From Halobacteria archaeon (lineage in GTDB: Archaea > Halobacteriota > Syntropharchaeia > JACQPP01): DNA of 64,000 nt. The notes beneath the pieces are model-generated. The model ran no database searches and was not told the origin of the DNA. It saw only the letters and a program-made list of their open reading frames with translations. The DNA is taken from contig JAWCQZ010000003.1 of the NCBI GenBank assembly GCA_038869515.1, positions 193,652 through 257,651 of the forward strand. Reading direction: 5' to 3'. The stretch's first letter is position 1. Each line of letters opens with the position of its first letter. Shown here in pieces: positions 16,906 to 26,703 of the stretch. Made by a program: the position numbers and the translations under genes.

Positions 16906-17873
16906 GGGAGGACCCCCGCTCCCCGGTTCCGGGGCCGGGTGATGAGGGTCCAGCCGCCTCCCATTCTGTCGAGGGCCGCCTGAAGCGCCTTCCGGATAGT
17001 CCGCGGGCGGGGGCCGAGGGCGTAGGCCAAGGGTCCGAAAGAGGACATGCCCGCCCCCGCGGCCCCGGCGCGCCGTGCGGCCCGGAGGAGCGCCTCCATC
17101 CGCGGCCCCTGGAGGGCCACCTCGCGCTTTTTGAAACCGGTCTCCTGCATGCGGTTGACGGCCTCCCCGAATGCGGGAAGGTCCCCCTCGGCCACGGCGG
17201 GGAGCAGTCCGAGGAGGACGAGCCGCGACGCCTCCTCCACCTCCCGGGAGGGGATGGGACAGAGGCGGCGGAACGCTTCGACCTCAGTCCGCCCATGAAC
17301 TCGGGGGGGTGTGGGGGAGGGTCCGGACGGGCAGGCGAGGACCACCGGCCAGTCGGGCATGTCGAGCCGGGCCACCCGGGGGGGAGGCGGGGCGCGGGAG
17401 GCGGCCGAGGGGAAGAACCCGCGCTTGACCCGCCGGGAGTGCCCCCCGTCCACGATGAACCCGCCCCCCTCGAAGGCCCAGACGCCGATGCCCGAGGTCC
17501 CGCCGCGCCCCGCCGTCTCCGCGGCCTCTTCGACCGTCAGGCCGAGCCGGTGGAGCCGGGCGAGCCCCCACGCGGCGGCGAGGGCCGCCTGGGTGCCGGA
17601 GCCCAGGCCGACGTGGGGCTCGTAGCCGCGCAGGATCCGGACCGTCCCCCGGACCCGGCGGGCCCGGGAGAGGCGCAGGGCCGCCTCCCGGGCGTGGCGC
17701 AGAATCTCCGGGTGAACGCCGGGCGCCGCGACCACCCGCAGCGGCCCCCTCTCCACCTCGACCTCGATGGAGGGGGCGTCGAGGGCGAATCCCGCCCCGC
17801 CGTCCACCCGCCCCCTGCCTCCGTGGAGGTCCAGGAGCCCCGCGTGGAGGCGCGAGGGGGTGACGATACGCAT
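16902..17873 (-). CDS. mptG: Beta-ribofuranosylaminobenzene 5'-phosphate synthase-like GHMP-family protein (methanopterin pathway)
   Basis: Track ORF 16902..18038 trimmed to ATG 17873. [31 protein letters not shown]... matches the characteristic beta-RFAP synthase N-terminus. GLGSGTQ is the GHMP motif. Confidence 0.8.
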   Translation of the reverse strand: MRIVTPSRLHAGLLDLHGGRGRVDGGAGFALDAPSIEVEVERGPLRVVAAPGVHPEILRHAREAALRLSRARRVRGTVRILRGYEPHVGLGSGTQAALAAAWGLARLHRLGLTVEEAAETAGRGGTSGIGVWAFEGGGFIVDGGHSRRVKRGFFPSAASRAPPPPRVARLDMPDWPVVLACPSGPSPTPPRVHGRTEVEAFRRLCPIPSREVEEASRLVLLGLLPAVAEGDLPAFGEAVNRMQETGFKKREVALQGPRMEALLRAARRAGAAGAGMSSFGPLAYALGPRPRTIRKALQAALDRMGGGWTLITRPRNRGAGVLP

Positions 17874-17960
17874 GGAGGGGCTGTGGCCGGTCGGCTCAAA
17901 ATGGTGGCGGTAGGCCCTGCGGGCCCCCGATCTGCGCGGGAGTTGCGGCCGATACGAGAA

Positions 17961-17972
17961 AGTATATAAAAC
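17961..17972 (+). promoter_or_regulatory. TATA box (AGTATATAAAAC) upstream of ftsZ
   Basis: ~39 nt upstream of ATG 18005, which is preceded by a GGAGG Shine-Dalgarno-like element (17996..18003 region). Confidence 0.5.
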
Positions 17973-18004
17973 ACCCAGGTATAGTGCGAATCGCAAAGGA
18001 GGGG

Positions 18005-19111
18005 ATGGAAAACATGGAATCGCTCGTCCAAGAAGCACTGCGCGAGAAAGAGCGCGAGGCGCGCCAGCAGCAAAACCGCTCCCAGGGCGGCGAACTCGAG
18101 GATTTCGGCCTTCCCCAGATCGTCATCGTCGGATGCGGCGGCGCCGGCAACAACACCGTGAGCCGGCTCCACCGGATGGGGGTCCAGGGGGCCACCACGG
18201 TGGCGATCAACACGGACAAGACCCACCTCGACGTCACCCAGGCGGAGAAGAAAATCCTCATCGGGCGCTCGCTCACCCGGGGCCTGGGCGCCGGCGGCGA
18301 CCCCCGCATGGGCAAGCAGGCCGCCGAACTCGGCCGGGACGCCCTCGAAGAGGTGTTGAAGGACGCCGACCTCGTTTTCGTCACCGCGGGCATGGGCGGC
18401 GGGACCGGGACCGGCTCGGCCCCCGTGGTCGCCGAGGTCGCCAAGAGCCTCGGGGCAATCGTCATCGGCATGGTCTCCTCCCCGTTCCGGGTGGAGCGCC
18501 TCCGGCTCGTCAAGGGCGAGGAGGGCATCGAGGAGCTGCGCCGGAAGTGCGACACGGTCATCGTCCTCGACAACAACCGGCTCCTCGAATACGTCCCGAA
18601 CCAGCCCATCGACATGGCCTTCGGCGTCATGGACCAGTTGATTGCGGAGACGGTCAAGGGAATCTCCGAGACCATCACCCAGCCCTCGCTCATCAACCTC
18701 GACTTCGCCGACGTCCGCACCATCATGTCGTGCGGCGGCGTCGCGGTGATGCTCTGGGGCGAGACGACCCCGCAGGACAACCGGGACAAGTCGAAGAACG
18801 TGGTCCGGAACGCCCTGAACCACCCGCTCCTCGACGTGGACTACCGCGGGGCGACCGGGTGCCTCCTCCACATCACCGGAGGCCCTGACCTCACCCTGAA
18901 GGAGGCCGAAGAGGTCGCCGAACTCCTCACCTACGAACTCGACAGCCACGCCAACGTCATCTGGGGCGCCCGCATCAACCCGAACTACGAGGGGAGGGTC
19001 CGCCTCATGGCCATCATGACCGGGGTCCAGAGCCCCCAGATTCTCGGGCCAGCCGAGAACCCCGCGTCCCGGGCGCCCCTGGTCGAGACCTTGATTGACA
19101 GAATCGAATAA
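18005..19111 (+). CDS. ftsZ: Cell division GTPase FtsZ
   Basis: The track ORF starts at GTG 17984. I prefer ATG 18005 because of the AAGGAGGGG element just upstream. GCGGAGNN, tubulin signature GGGTGTG and NLDFADV are all present. Confidence 0.9.
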   Translation: MENMESLVQEALREKEREARQQQNRSQGGELEDFGLPQIVIVGCGGAGNNTVSRLHRMGVQGATTVAINTDKTHLDVTQAEKKILIGRSLTRGLGAGGDPRMGKQAAELGRDALEEVLKDADLVFVTAGMGGGTGTGSAPVVAEVAKSLGAIVIGMVSSPFRVERLRLVKGEEGIEELRRKCDTVIVLDNNRLLEYVPNQPIDMAFGVMDQLIAETVKGISETITQPSLINLDFADVRTIMSCGGVAVMLWGETTPQDNRDKSKNVVRNALNHPLLDVDYRGATGCLLHITGGPDLTLKEAEEVAELLTYELDSHANVIWGARINPNYEGRVRLMAIMTGVQSPQILGPAENPASRAPLVETLIDRIE

Positions 19112-19163
19112 ACCCGGTTTTTAGAGCGATTTTCGGCGCGCAGCCCGGGCTACCCCGAGTAAG

Positions 19164-19248
19164 TGCAGGGGGGAGGATTTGAACCCCCGAACGCCTGCGC
19201 GAGCAGATCTTGAGCCTGCCGCCGTTGACCAGACTTGGCTACCCCTGC
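19164..19248 (-). tRNA. tRNA-Leu (anticodon CAA)
   Basis: Reverse complement: acceptor GCAGGGG/CCCCTGC, anticodon loop CTCAAGA, long variable arm, T loop TTCAAAT, discriminator A. Confidence 0.85.
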
Positions 19249-19341
19249 GGTTTTGGAGACGGGGACCCGGTCCCCGTTCCTGGACAGTTCCCCCGCTTTC
19301 TCCCCTTCTGTCTTTCCTTCCGGGTGCCCGAGTCAGGAACG

Positions 19342-19349
19342 TTTAATAG
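19342..19349 (+). promoter_or_regulatory. TATA-like box (TTTAATAG) about 28 nt upstream of ATG 19374 (leaderless)
   Basis: Position and composition only. Confidence 0.4.
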
Positions 19350-19373
19350 CCGCGGGCAGGGACGGGTAGGCTC

Positions 19374-19811
19374 ATGAAGGTCGGCGAGGTCATGCACCGC
19401 GGGGCCATCACGGCGATGGCCGACGAGCCCCTCCCTCCCGTCGCCGAGCGGATGGGGGAGCGGCGGGTGGGGTGCGTCGTGGTCCTTAAGCAGGGCAAGG
19501 TGGCGGGCATCCTGACCGAGCGGGACATCCTGCGGAAGGTCGTGGCCCGGAACAAGACGCCGGCCCGCATCCAGGTCCGGGACGTCATGAGCGCCCCCGT
19601 GACCACCGTGACCTCCGGCACCGACCTCGACGAGGCCACAGCCCTCATGGCGGAGCAGCGCATCCGCCGCCTCCCGGTGGTGGACGGCGGAAAACTGGTC
19701 GGGATGCTCAGCTCCTCGGACGTCGTCTGCTTCCTCCCCCAGATGGACAAGATTCTCCTCGATATGGAGTTGAAGGCCGAGGGGTCCGCCGCGAAACCGA
19801 AAAAGCGCTAG
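19374..19811 (+). CDS. CBS domain pair protein
   Basis: 145 aa with two CBS repeats (VGEVMHRGAITAMADEPL...GCVVVLKQGKVAGILTERDIL and VRDVMSAPVTTV...RRLPVVDGGKLVGMLSSSDV). Confidence 0.85.
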   Translation: MKVGEVMHRGAITAMADEPLPPVAERMGERRVGCVVVLKQGKVAGILTERDILRKVVARNKTPARIQVRDVMSAPVTTVTSGTDLDEATALMAEQRIRRLPVVDGGKLVGMLSSSDVVCFLPQMDKILLDMELKAEGSAAKPKKR

Positions 19812-22138
19812 CCAGAGGGCGTGAGGAGGAGGACCCTCCCATCGTTCGCGTCCAGAGGGACCTCCAGGGACCTCTCGGCGGCGCCGGCCGGGGCTTTCGA
19901 TTTTCCGTGAGCGTAGAGCGTCTCGACGCGGTTCCTCGGTCCGAGGCCGAGCCGTCCCGGGTCCCGGAACTCGACGGTCGCAGTCCGGGCCGGACCGCGG
20001 TTGAGGAGGAAGAGCAGAGTGGAGCCGCGCGCCCTGCGGGCCACCGCCTCCACGCCCGGGGGCGCGGCGAGGGCGGGGGCGACGCCGGCCCGGTCGAGGA
20101 TCCCGCCCGCCAGCCCCTTGAGGGCGCGGTGCTCCCCGGGCCGGATGGAGTAGTAGCCCTTGCCGGAGAAGAGGGCCCCCGGAAGGGTTCCCACGACCGT
20201 GACCCGCCCCTTCTGGAGGGGCGCGGTCCACCCCACGGTCCTCTTCCCACGCGTCAGGAGGGTCTCGGCGCCCGCGGGGGGGTCCCAGGAGGACTCGAGA
20301 GGCGCCCCGGGGAAGGGCCCGTCGGGCCCCCGGAGGGCCACCCGGCGGCTGAAGAAGTAGTTCATGGGGGGGATCCCCTGGCGCATCCCGTCGAGGGTGA
20401 AGTTCTGCCACTTGGAGGGGACCCGCCACCGGTAGAGGGCGCGCCAAATCATCACCGTGTTCAAAATATGCATCACCGCCTGGCTCTGGTAGTGGATTCG
20501 GGTGGGCCCCGGCGCCGAGGGGATGAGGTCCCGGGCGCCCGGGAGGGGGCGGCCCTGGAGGTCCCGGGAGGGGGTCTTGGGGGTCACCATCAGATGGCCG
20601 CCCCCGGAGACGTATCCCTTCAATTTCTCCAGGGTCCCTGCGTCCATGAACCCGTTGGAGGGGAGGATGAGGAGGCGCCGCTCTGCGAGCGCTTCGGGGG
20701 CCGCCATCTCGAGGTCGGCGATTTCGGGGTTGGGCCCCCCCTCGTGGAAGAGTCCCAGGAGGCCGTGGGCCCCCGCCCCCATCGAGAGGTCGAAGGGGTC
20801 GCTCGAATACATCCGGTGGTTCGGGAAGTATTCGAGGAGGGCGAAGGGGTCGGTGACCTCCTCCGACTCCAGGAGCAGCTCCTCGTTTTTCCGGGCGAAC
20901 TCACAGATGGACTTCACCACGCCGTGGCGGGGCAGCGTCTCCCCGCCGGGCCCGATGCAGGCGTTCCAGGCGTAGAGCGCCCCGTCGGCTTCCACGCAGT
21001 CGTGGAGGATGTAGTAGCCGATCCATCGCGTCCCGTGGGCGAGCATGGCGAGGGTCAGTTGGACCGTCTCCTCCATCGGGACCTCCACGAAGGGGTCGAA
21101 CCAGCCGCACTGGGTCTCCGGGGAGAAGACCGGCGCGTCGCCCCGGTAGTTCGCGAAGAGTTTGGGGCCGAAGCAGGGCACGAAGGGCATGTCGAAGAGG
21201 TGCTTCCCGGGCACCACCTTCGGGTAGAGGTCGTAGCCCACGGGCCCCACCTCCTGCGCCTTGCGCCGGGTGTGCCCCGGGGTGAAGAGGAGCGCGGGCT
21301 CGTTCAGGAAAAACGGCTCCGGCGCCCCCGCCTCGCGGAGTTTCCCCTTCAGGTTGTTGAGGTAGCGGATGAGATACTCCTCCAGGAACTCCTGCCACAG
21401 TCCCACCTCGCCCAGGTTCTCCAGGGGGGCCCGCAGGCGGCGCCACGGGAGGCGGGGAACCGGCCTCACCTCCTCCAGTCGCGCGTAGGAGGTCCCCCGG
21501 TCACGGTTCAGGGCCTCCACCGAACCGTATCTCTCCTTGAGGAACGTCCGGAACATCTCCATCGTCGCCGGGTTGTAGTCCCGGAAAAACGGCGTGGGGC
21601 TGACGAAGCCGTCAATGTAGACCACCCCGGTCTCGTTGTCAATCTGGGTGCAGAGGATGTTCTTGAAGGGGCGCACCGCCTCGAACAGGGCCTTGAACCA
21701 CTTCCCGGCCAGTTCGAGGTGCTTCGGGTGGTTGAAGGAGACCGTGTGCCACCTCCGCCCGTCCTGGGCCACCTGGAGAACCTCCGGGTATTTCTCGAAG
21801 AGCCACGGCGGGTATCCGAAGTTGAGGTATTCGGCGTTGATGTAGGGCCCGGGCCGGAGGGTGATGGCGAGGCCCGCATCCTCGATGAGGCGGCAGACGC
21901 CGACCAGGTCGCGCTCGGGCCGCGTCCGCCCCGTGAAGTCGAACCGCCCTTCCTCCGCCTCGTGCCACCCCCACGGGATGTAGAGGTCGATGAAGGTGAT
22001 GCTGGCCGCTTTCAGTTTTTCGATGCCCGGGGCCCAGAGGGGCTTCGGAATCCGGTAGTAGTGGAAGGCGCCTCCGATGAGGAGCCTCCGTTTTCCGTCC
22101 ACCCGGATGTTCCCGTCCTTGAACTCCGCGCGGCCCAT
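19808..22138 (-). CDS. Glycoside hydrolase family 35 beta-galactosidase-like enzyme (no signal peptide)
   Basis: 776 aa. GGAFHYYRIPKPLWAPGIEKLKAASITFIDLYIPWGWHE..EGRFDF.G..DL..... LRPGPYINAEYLNFGYPPWL and QIDNE are typical GH35 motifs. Confidence 0.85.
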   Translation of the reverse strand: MGRAEFKDGNIRVDGKRRLLIGGAFHYYRIPKPLWAPGIEKLKAASITFIDLYIPWGWHEAEEGRFDFTGRTRPERDLVGVCRLIEDAGLAITLRPGPYINAEYLNFGYPPWLFEKYPEVLQVAQDGRRWHTVSFNHPKHLELAGKWFKALFEAVRPFKNILCTQIDNETGVVYIDGFVSPTPFFRDYNPATMEMFRTFLKERYGSVEALNRDRGTSYARLEEVRPVPRLPWRRLRAPLENLGEVGLWQEFLEEYLIRYLNNLKGKLREAGAPEPFFLNEPALLFTPGHTRRKAQEVGPVGYDLYPKVVPGKHLFDMPFVPCFGPKLFANYRGDAPVFSPETQCGWFDPFVEVPMEETVQLTLAMLAHGTRWIGYYILHDCVEADGALYAWNACIGPGGETLPRHGVVKSICEFARKNEELLLESEEVTDPFALLEYFPNHRMYSSDPFDLSMGAGAHGLLGLFHEGGPNPEIADLEMAAPEALAERRLLILPSNGFMDAGTLEKLKGYVSGGGHLMVTPKTPSRDLQGRPLPGARDLIPSAPGPTRIHYQSQAVMHILNTVMIWRALYRWRVPSKWQNFTLDGMRQGIPPMNYFFSRRVALRGPDGPFPGAPLESSWDPPAGAETLLTRGKRTVGWTAPLQKGRVTVVGTLPGALFSGKGYYSIRPGEHRALKGLAGGILDRAGVAPALAAPPGVEAVARRARGSTLLFLLNRGPARTATVEFRDPGRLGLGPRNRVETLYAHGKSKAPAGAAERSLEVPLDANDGRVLLLTPSG

Positions 22139-22200
22139 CCCGCCAATCCTGTCCCGGGGTTATCAAACCTCCCCCGATTACGACCTTTCACGGCCACCGG

Positions 22201-22212
22201 ATAGGTTTTAAT
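22201..22212 (+). promoter_or_regulatory. TATA-like box (ATAGGTTTTAAT), which favours ATG 22235 as the start of the next gene
   Basis: Lies ~28 nt upstream of ATG 22235 and overlaps the track start at 22211. Confidence 0.35.
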
Positions 22213-22234
22213 GGCCCTCCTCCCAAGCCCCACC

Positions 22235-23623
22235 ATGGCGGACATGCCCCTTCTCTGGAAGGCGGAGACCGAGGGGCAGGTGAAGGCTGCGGCGCTCCAG
22301 GCGGGGCTCGCCGCCGCCGGATGCTACGACGGCACGGTCCACTTCTTCGACCTGAAGGGTCAGCCCCTGGGGAAGTTCAAGGCGAAGCGCCGGGGGGACA
22401 AGGTCATGGATGTCTCGGTGAGCCCCGGCGGGACCCGGACAGCGGTGGGGACCCACGACGGCGACGTCTACCTCCTGGACGAAAACCGGAAGCCGCTCTG
22501 GACGTTCAAGACCGAGGGGCGGTTCAACGCCGCCATGTGCGTGGCCCTCCGGGGCGAGGCGGAGGGCGTGGTGGTGGGGTGCTACGACGGCCGCCTCTAC
22601 CTCCTGGGGCCCGACGGACAGGTCCGCTGGTCTCTCGCCCCGGGGTCGGCCTTCGAGCAGCGCTACATCTGGTCGCTCTCCACCTCCAGCAGCGGCCACG
22701 TGGCGGTCGGGACCCACGGGAACGAGGTCCTCCTCCTCTCCCCCGAGGGAAAGGTCCTCTGGAACCAGAAGGGCCGGGAGGCCGGGGCGACCGTGTGCGT
22801 CGCGATGTCCGCCCGCGGCGACGTCCTCTGGTCGGGCTCCGACGACCGGACCCTCTCGCTCCTGGACGCCCGCGGCAAGGTGCTCCGGAGTTTCCCGGCC
22901 CCGGGGAGGGTGCGGACCATCTCCGCGGACCGGCGCGGCTCCCTGCTCGCGGTGGGGACCTACGACGGCCGGCTCTACCTCTACGACGCCGAGGGCAAGG
23001 TCCTGGCGGACCAGGCGATGCCCGGGGGCTTCCCCTGGTCGGTCTGCCTCTCGCCCTCCGGCGCGACCCTGGCGGCGGGCTCTTCGGACAAGGGGCTCTA
23101 CATCTACGCGGTCGCGGCGGCGGTGGAGCGGGCCGCGGCGGATCTCCGGGAGAGGGCGGCTGCGGCCAAGGCGAGCGTCAACCTGGGCCCCGTCTTCCAG
23201 CCGGGGGCCGACCCCGAGGGGACCATGGCCCGGGTCCGGGAGCTCCGGAAGTCGTTCTACGACCGGAAGTCGGCCGAGGCCATCGAGGCCCGCCTGCGGG
23301 TTCTCCCGGGGCGGGAGAAGGAGCCCGCCCTCGAATCGATCCGGAACCTCCTGGACCAGGCCAAGAAGAAGGGTTCAGGAAGCCTCCTGGTCGAAGCCGA
23401 GTCCCGGCTCGATGAGCTGGAGACCCTCCTTCAGATGCGCGAGGCCCTCGCCGAGGAGTTGAAGTCCCTGGAGGGGCCCGAGCGCTACGCCCAGGCCCTC
23501 GGGGAAGCGAAGAACGTGGAGGGGCTGAGGCAGCTGCTGGAGGACCGGGGGGAGAGGAAATCGCGGCTCCGGAAGGCGCTGGAGGAGCTCGAAGCCCGTC
23601 TGAGGGCGCTCCCCCAGACGTGA
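22235..23623 (+). CDS. Cytoplasmic beta-propeller repeat protein (PQQ/WD40-like blades) with a long C-terminal coiled coil
   Basis: The track ORF starts at 22211. I prefer 22235 (MADMPLLW) because of the TATA spacing. Repeated blades read G.V...D..G..LW / DG.LYL.D..GK. The last ~170 aa are heptad-like and charged. Confidence 0.75.
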   Translation: MADMPLLWKAETEGQVKAAALQAGLAAAGCYDGTVHFFDLKGQPLGKFKAKRRGDKVMDVSVSPGGTRTAVGTHDGDVYLLDENRKPLWTFKTEGRFNAAMCVALRGEAEGVVVGCYDGRLYLLGPDGQVRWSLAPGSAFEQRYIWSLSTSSSGHVAVGTHGNEVLLLSPEGKVLWNQKGREAGATVCVAMSARGDVLWSGSDDRTLSLLDARGKVLRSFPAPGRVRTISADRRGSLLAVGTYDGRLYLYDAEGKVLADQAMPGGFPWSVCLSPSGATLAAGSSDKGLYIYAVAAAVERAAADLRERAAAAKASVNLGPVFQPGADPEGTMARVRELRKSFYDRKSAEAIEARLRVLPGREKEPALESIRNLLDQAKKKGSGSLLVEAESRLDELETLLQMREALAEELKSLEGPERYAQALGEAKNVEGLRQLLEDRGERKSRLRKALEELEARLRALPQT

Positions 23624-23632
23624 CCCGCCGCC

Positions 23633-26617
23633 CTACGGCAGGGTGAGCACGTTCGCCGCCTCGGGCGCCGGCGGGGGCGGGCGGGAGGTCGCCAGGTCGA
23701 GGCTCTTGGCAGCCCCGAAGGTCACCTCGTCGTCGGTGAGGCGGAGCTCCCGGGGCTGGCCGAGGGCCGTGACGGTGTAGGGGCCGGTGGCGACCACCGC
23801 GTAGCGCGTCTTGCCCTTGGCCGGGGCGTCGGGGTCGGGGGGCTCGGTGGCGTAGGGGAGCGTCAGGGAGTAGGTCCCGTCGGGCCCCGCGGTGGCGGAC
23901 TGGACGTAGGCGAAGGCGCGGCCGGTGTTCGTGAGGAGCGGGAGGCTCGCGCGGACCTCGGCTCCGGGGGCCGTGGTTCCAGTGACCTGCGCGCCCCGCA
24001 CGTATTCGAAGGTGACGACGAAGTGGAGGCCCACCGGCGAGGTGCCGTTGGCGCACGACCTGGCCTCGTTGACCAGCGGCATCCCCCACGGGGAGAGCTG
24101 GCCCAGGAGGGTGCGCCCGTCTCCCGCGACGCACCGGTGGGCCAGGATGCCCCTGGACTCGTGGACGAGCCGGTAGTGCCGGAGGGCGGGGATGACCACG
24201 CGGGTGCTGCGCTCTCCCGAGGCGCCGGTGTCGGAGAGCCACTCGTAGGCCGCCTCCGAGCCGTCGAGGAAGTGGAGGCGGGACTCGATGGTCCGGGCGT
24301 GGTTGGTGCTGCCGATGGGGTTGCTGAATGTGATGCAGAGGCCGGGGGGCGGAGGCACGTTGTCGGCGCAGTCGGAGGCCAGGTTTTGCCGGTAGCGGGC
24401 GAAAATCCGGTCTCGGGCGCCGCAGTCCTGGATGCCGTTGGTGTTCTGGACGCAGGTGAGGAAATATTTCTCGGTGAGCCAGGTCCCGTTCCCCCCGGTC
24501 GCCCACGTCAGGACCGCGCCGAACTTCCCGGTCGCCTGGGGCCAGTCCGACATCACGTAGCGGGTCCCCAGGGCGTCGGCGATTTGGTTCGCCATGCTCT
24601 CGTTGTCGGTGGAGAGGAAGGGGGCGGCCCCCAGGACCAGGTCGGGGCTGGCGGCGTCGGGGCCCCCGGGAGAGCACTCCGCCGGGTCGCGCTCGGGGCA
24701 GGGGAGGATGCCGATGCCCGCCTGGAAGGGGTTGGCGTTGGGGATGCGCTTGCCGAAGTAGGTGATGACGTGGCCGTAGTCCCACCACGACATGACCCCG
24801 TAGGCGCTCTGGTAGTCGTACCAGGTGGTGCCGTTCGATTTTTTCGGATAGTGGAAGATGCCGTCCGGCGGACGCGGGTATATCGCCGAGAAGTTGAGGC
24901 CGGGCCCCTGGGGGTCGGGGGTGTTCTCCCTCATCCACGTCAGGCTCTCCAGCCATTCGAGGTAGTCCCCTCCGCTCCCCGGCCCGCCCCGGGAGGCGGC
25001 CAGGGTCCACTCGACCGTGTTGCCGGTCCCCTGCGCCGCGTCCCCGACGAAGACCGCGAGGAAGAGGAGGGCGGGAACCATGGCGCTCATCACGACCGGG
25101 CTCGCCGAGCGGGAGAGGAATCCGGAGAGGTCGGAGGGACGGGCCACTTCCCGGGGTATCCGCTCCCGGAGCCTCCGCAGGCCCGCGGCGTCGGCCAGTT
25201 CGACGATGAAATAGGCGCCGACGATGCCGGTCGAGGCCACCGAGTAGTAGGAGAATCGGTTCTGGGCCCAGGTGATGTGGATGAGGAAGTAGGCCCAGAT
25301 GGCGAGGAAGAGGAGGCCCGGTTTGTAGCCTGCGTCCTCCCCTTTCTTCAGGAAGCCCCGGTAGAGGATGCGGTATCCCACCAGGAGCAGGAAGCCGCTG
25401 TAGAAGAACATCACGTGGAAGATGCCGCCCTGCATCCCGACGAATTGGGCCCACTGGGGCCCCGAAGCCTCGGCGACCGTGGAGGCGCCTCCCGTCGGGG
25501 GCGTGAAGATGGCGAGGGCGGAGGTGACACCGCCGTAGAGATTGGGTGCCACCACCGAGAGGATGGGCAGGCCGATCGCGGGAAGCGCCAAGAGAAGGAA
25601 CGGGAAGAGGAACCGGGGGAGACTCTTGCGCCGGAAGAGGACCACGACCAGTCCCAGGACCAGCGCAAGGGCCAGGAACGCGCCGAGGAACCCGGGGCCG
25701 AACGGGGTGTAGGTCTTGGGGTCGGGGACCAGGTCCCACTGGACCCCGGGGAGCATCACCAGGATGGCGGTCAGGAGGGAGCCGGCGGTGACCAGGACGG
25801 GCCCGTCGGGGTTGCCGCCCCTCATGAACTCGACCACCACTTGGAGCAGCAGGAAGAGGCCCATGGGCACCATCAGCATGGTGGCGCCCGGCCAGTTCAG
25901 GTAGTAGAGGCCGTAGGCGACGCCCACCCCGAGAACCGGCAGCAACACCGCCCGAAGGGCCCCCCACTCCCGCCGCAGGACATGCCCGAACGTTAGGTTC
26001 CGGCCGACGTCGAGGGCCTTGATGTAGAGGGCGACGGCGATGGCCATGTAGAAGACTTCCGCCACGTGGTGGTCGGTGAACCCGAGGAGGGAGCGCGACA
26101 GGAACTGGCCCGGGATGGTCGCGAAGATGGCCGCCGCCAGCAGCCCCGTTCTCCGGTCGAAGGCGTAGCGTCCGATGAGGTAGACGGGGATGAGGGTGAG
26201 GCCCCCCATGACGGCGGGGAAGAGGGCCGCCACGGTGTCCACGGTCTGCGGCGAGGGGTTCCCGCCGCCCACGAGAAGGGAGACCGCGGCGATGCTCAGG
26301 GTCCAGGCGGGCCCGTAGTGGATGCCGTGTCCGTAGGGGAAGAAGGTGAAGGGGTCGAAGAAGGCGCGGACCGGGAAGTGCCGAACCGCCAGTTCCACGT
26401 GGCGCATCTGCATGACCGCGTCGTCGGCGGCGAACTTGCAGCAGCGGCCGTCGGGGTAAAGCTCGCTGGGCCACGGAACGACGGCGCGGGTGTAGATCGA
26501 GAATGCGACGAGGCCCATGAGGATGGCGCCGCAGACGAGAGAGGGGAGGAGCGCCCGCGTCCAGGGGGCCGGAGAAGTCGAGGGGGCCTTCCGGGAAGCC
26601 GGTTTTTGGGCGGCCAT
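23633..26617 (-). CDS. aglB: Archaeal oligosaccharyltransferase AglB (STT3 family)
   Basis: Track ORF 23633..26701 (TTG start) trimmed to ATG 26617. About 13 TM helices followed by the WWDYG motif (MSWWDYGHVITY) and a large soluble C-terminal domain. Confidence 0.9.
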   Translation of the reverse strand: MAAQKPASRKAPSTSPAPWTRALLPSLVCGAILMGLVAFSIYTRAVVPWPSELYPDGRCCKFAADDAVMQMRHVELAVRHFPVRAFFDPFTFFPYGHGIHYGPAWTLSIAAVSLLVGGGNPSPQTVDTVAALFPAVMGGLTLIPVYLIGRYAFDRRTGLLAAAIFATIPGQFLSRSLLGFTDHHVAEVFYMAIAVALYIKALDVGRNLTFGHVLRREWGALRAVLLPVLGVGVAYGLYYLNWPGATMLMVPMGLFLLLQVVVEFMRGGNPDGPVLVTAGSLLTAILVMLPGVQWDLVPDPKTYTPFGPGFLGAFLALALVLGLVVVLFRRKSLPRFLFPFLLLALPAIGLPILSVVAPNLYGGVTSALAIFTPPTGGASTVAEASGPQWAQFVGMQGGIFHVMFFYSGFLLLVGYRILYRGFLKKGEDAGYKPGLLFLAIWAYFLIHITWAQNRFSYYSVASTGIVGAYFIVELADAAGLRRLRERIPREVARPSDLSGFLSRSASPVVMSAMVPALLFLAVFVGDAAQGTGNTVEWTLAASRGGPGSGGDYLEWLESLTWMRENTPDPQGPGLNFSAIYPRPPDGIFHYPKKSNGTTWYDYQSAYGVMSWWDYGHVITYFGKRIPNANPFQAGIGILPCPERDPAECSPGGPDAASPDLVLGAAPFLSTDNESMANQIADALGTRYVMSDWPQATGKFGAVLTWATGGNGTWLTEKYFLTCVQNTNGIQDCGARDRIFARYRQNLASDCADNVPPPPGLCITFSNPIGSTNHARTIESRLHFLDGSEAAYEWLSDTGASGERSTRVVIPALRHYRLVHESRGILAHRCVAGDGRTLLGQLSPWGMPLVNEARSCANGTSPVGLHFVVTFEYVRGAQVTGTTAPGAEVRASLPLLTNTGRAFAYVQSATAGPDGTYSLTLPYATEPPDPDAPAKGKTRYAVVATGPYTVTALGQPRELRLTDDEVTFGAAKSLDLATSRPPPPAPEAANVLTLP

Positions 26618-26703
26618 CCTCGGGGACCGCCGGTCAGGGACAAGAACTTTCTCCCGTGAAAAAAGGGGAAAATTAGAAGGCGGCCCCCGGTCCCCGTCCA
26701 ACG

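Noticed and set aside
23178-26474. 1098-aa minus-strand ORF overlapping aglB, and the 657-aa plus-strand ORF 24023..25996
   Set aside because: These are out-of-frame and antisense reads of aglB. They are Arg/Pro/Gly-rich with no motifs, while the aglB frame carries TM helices and WWDYG.
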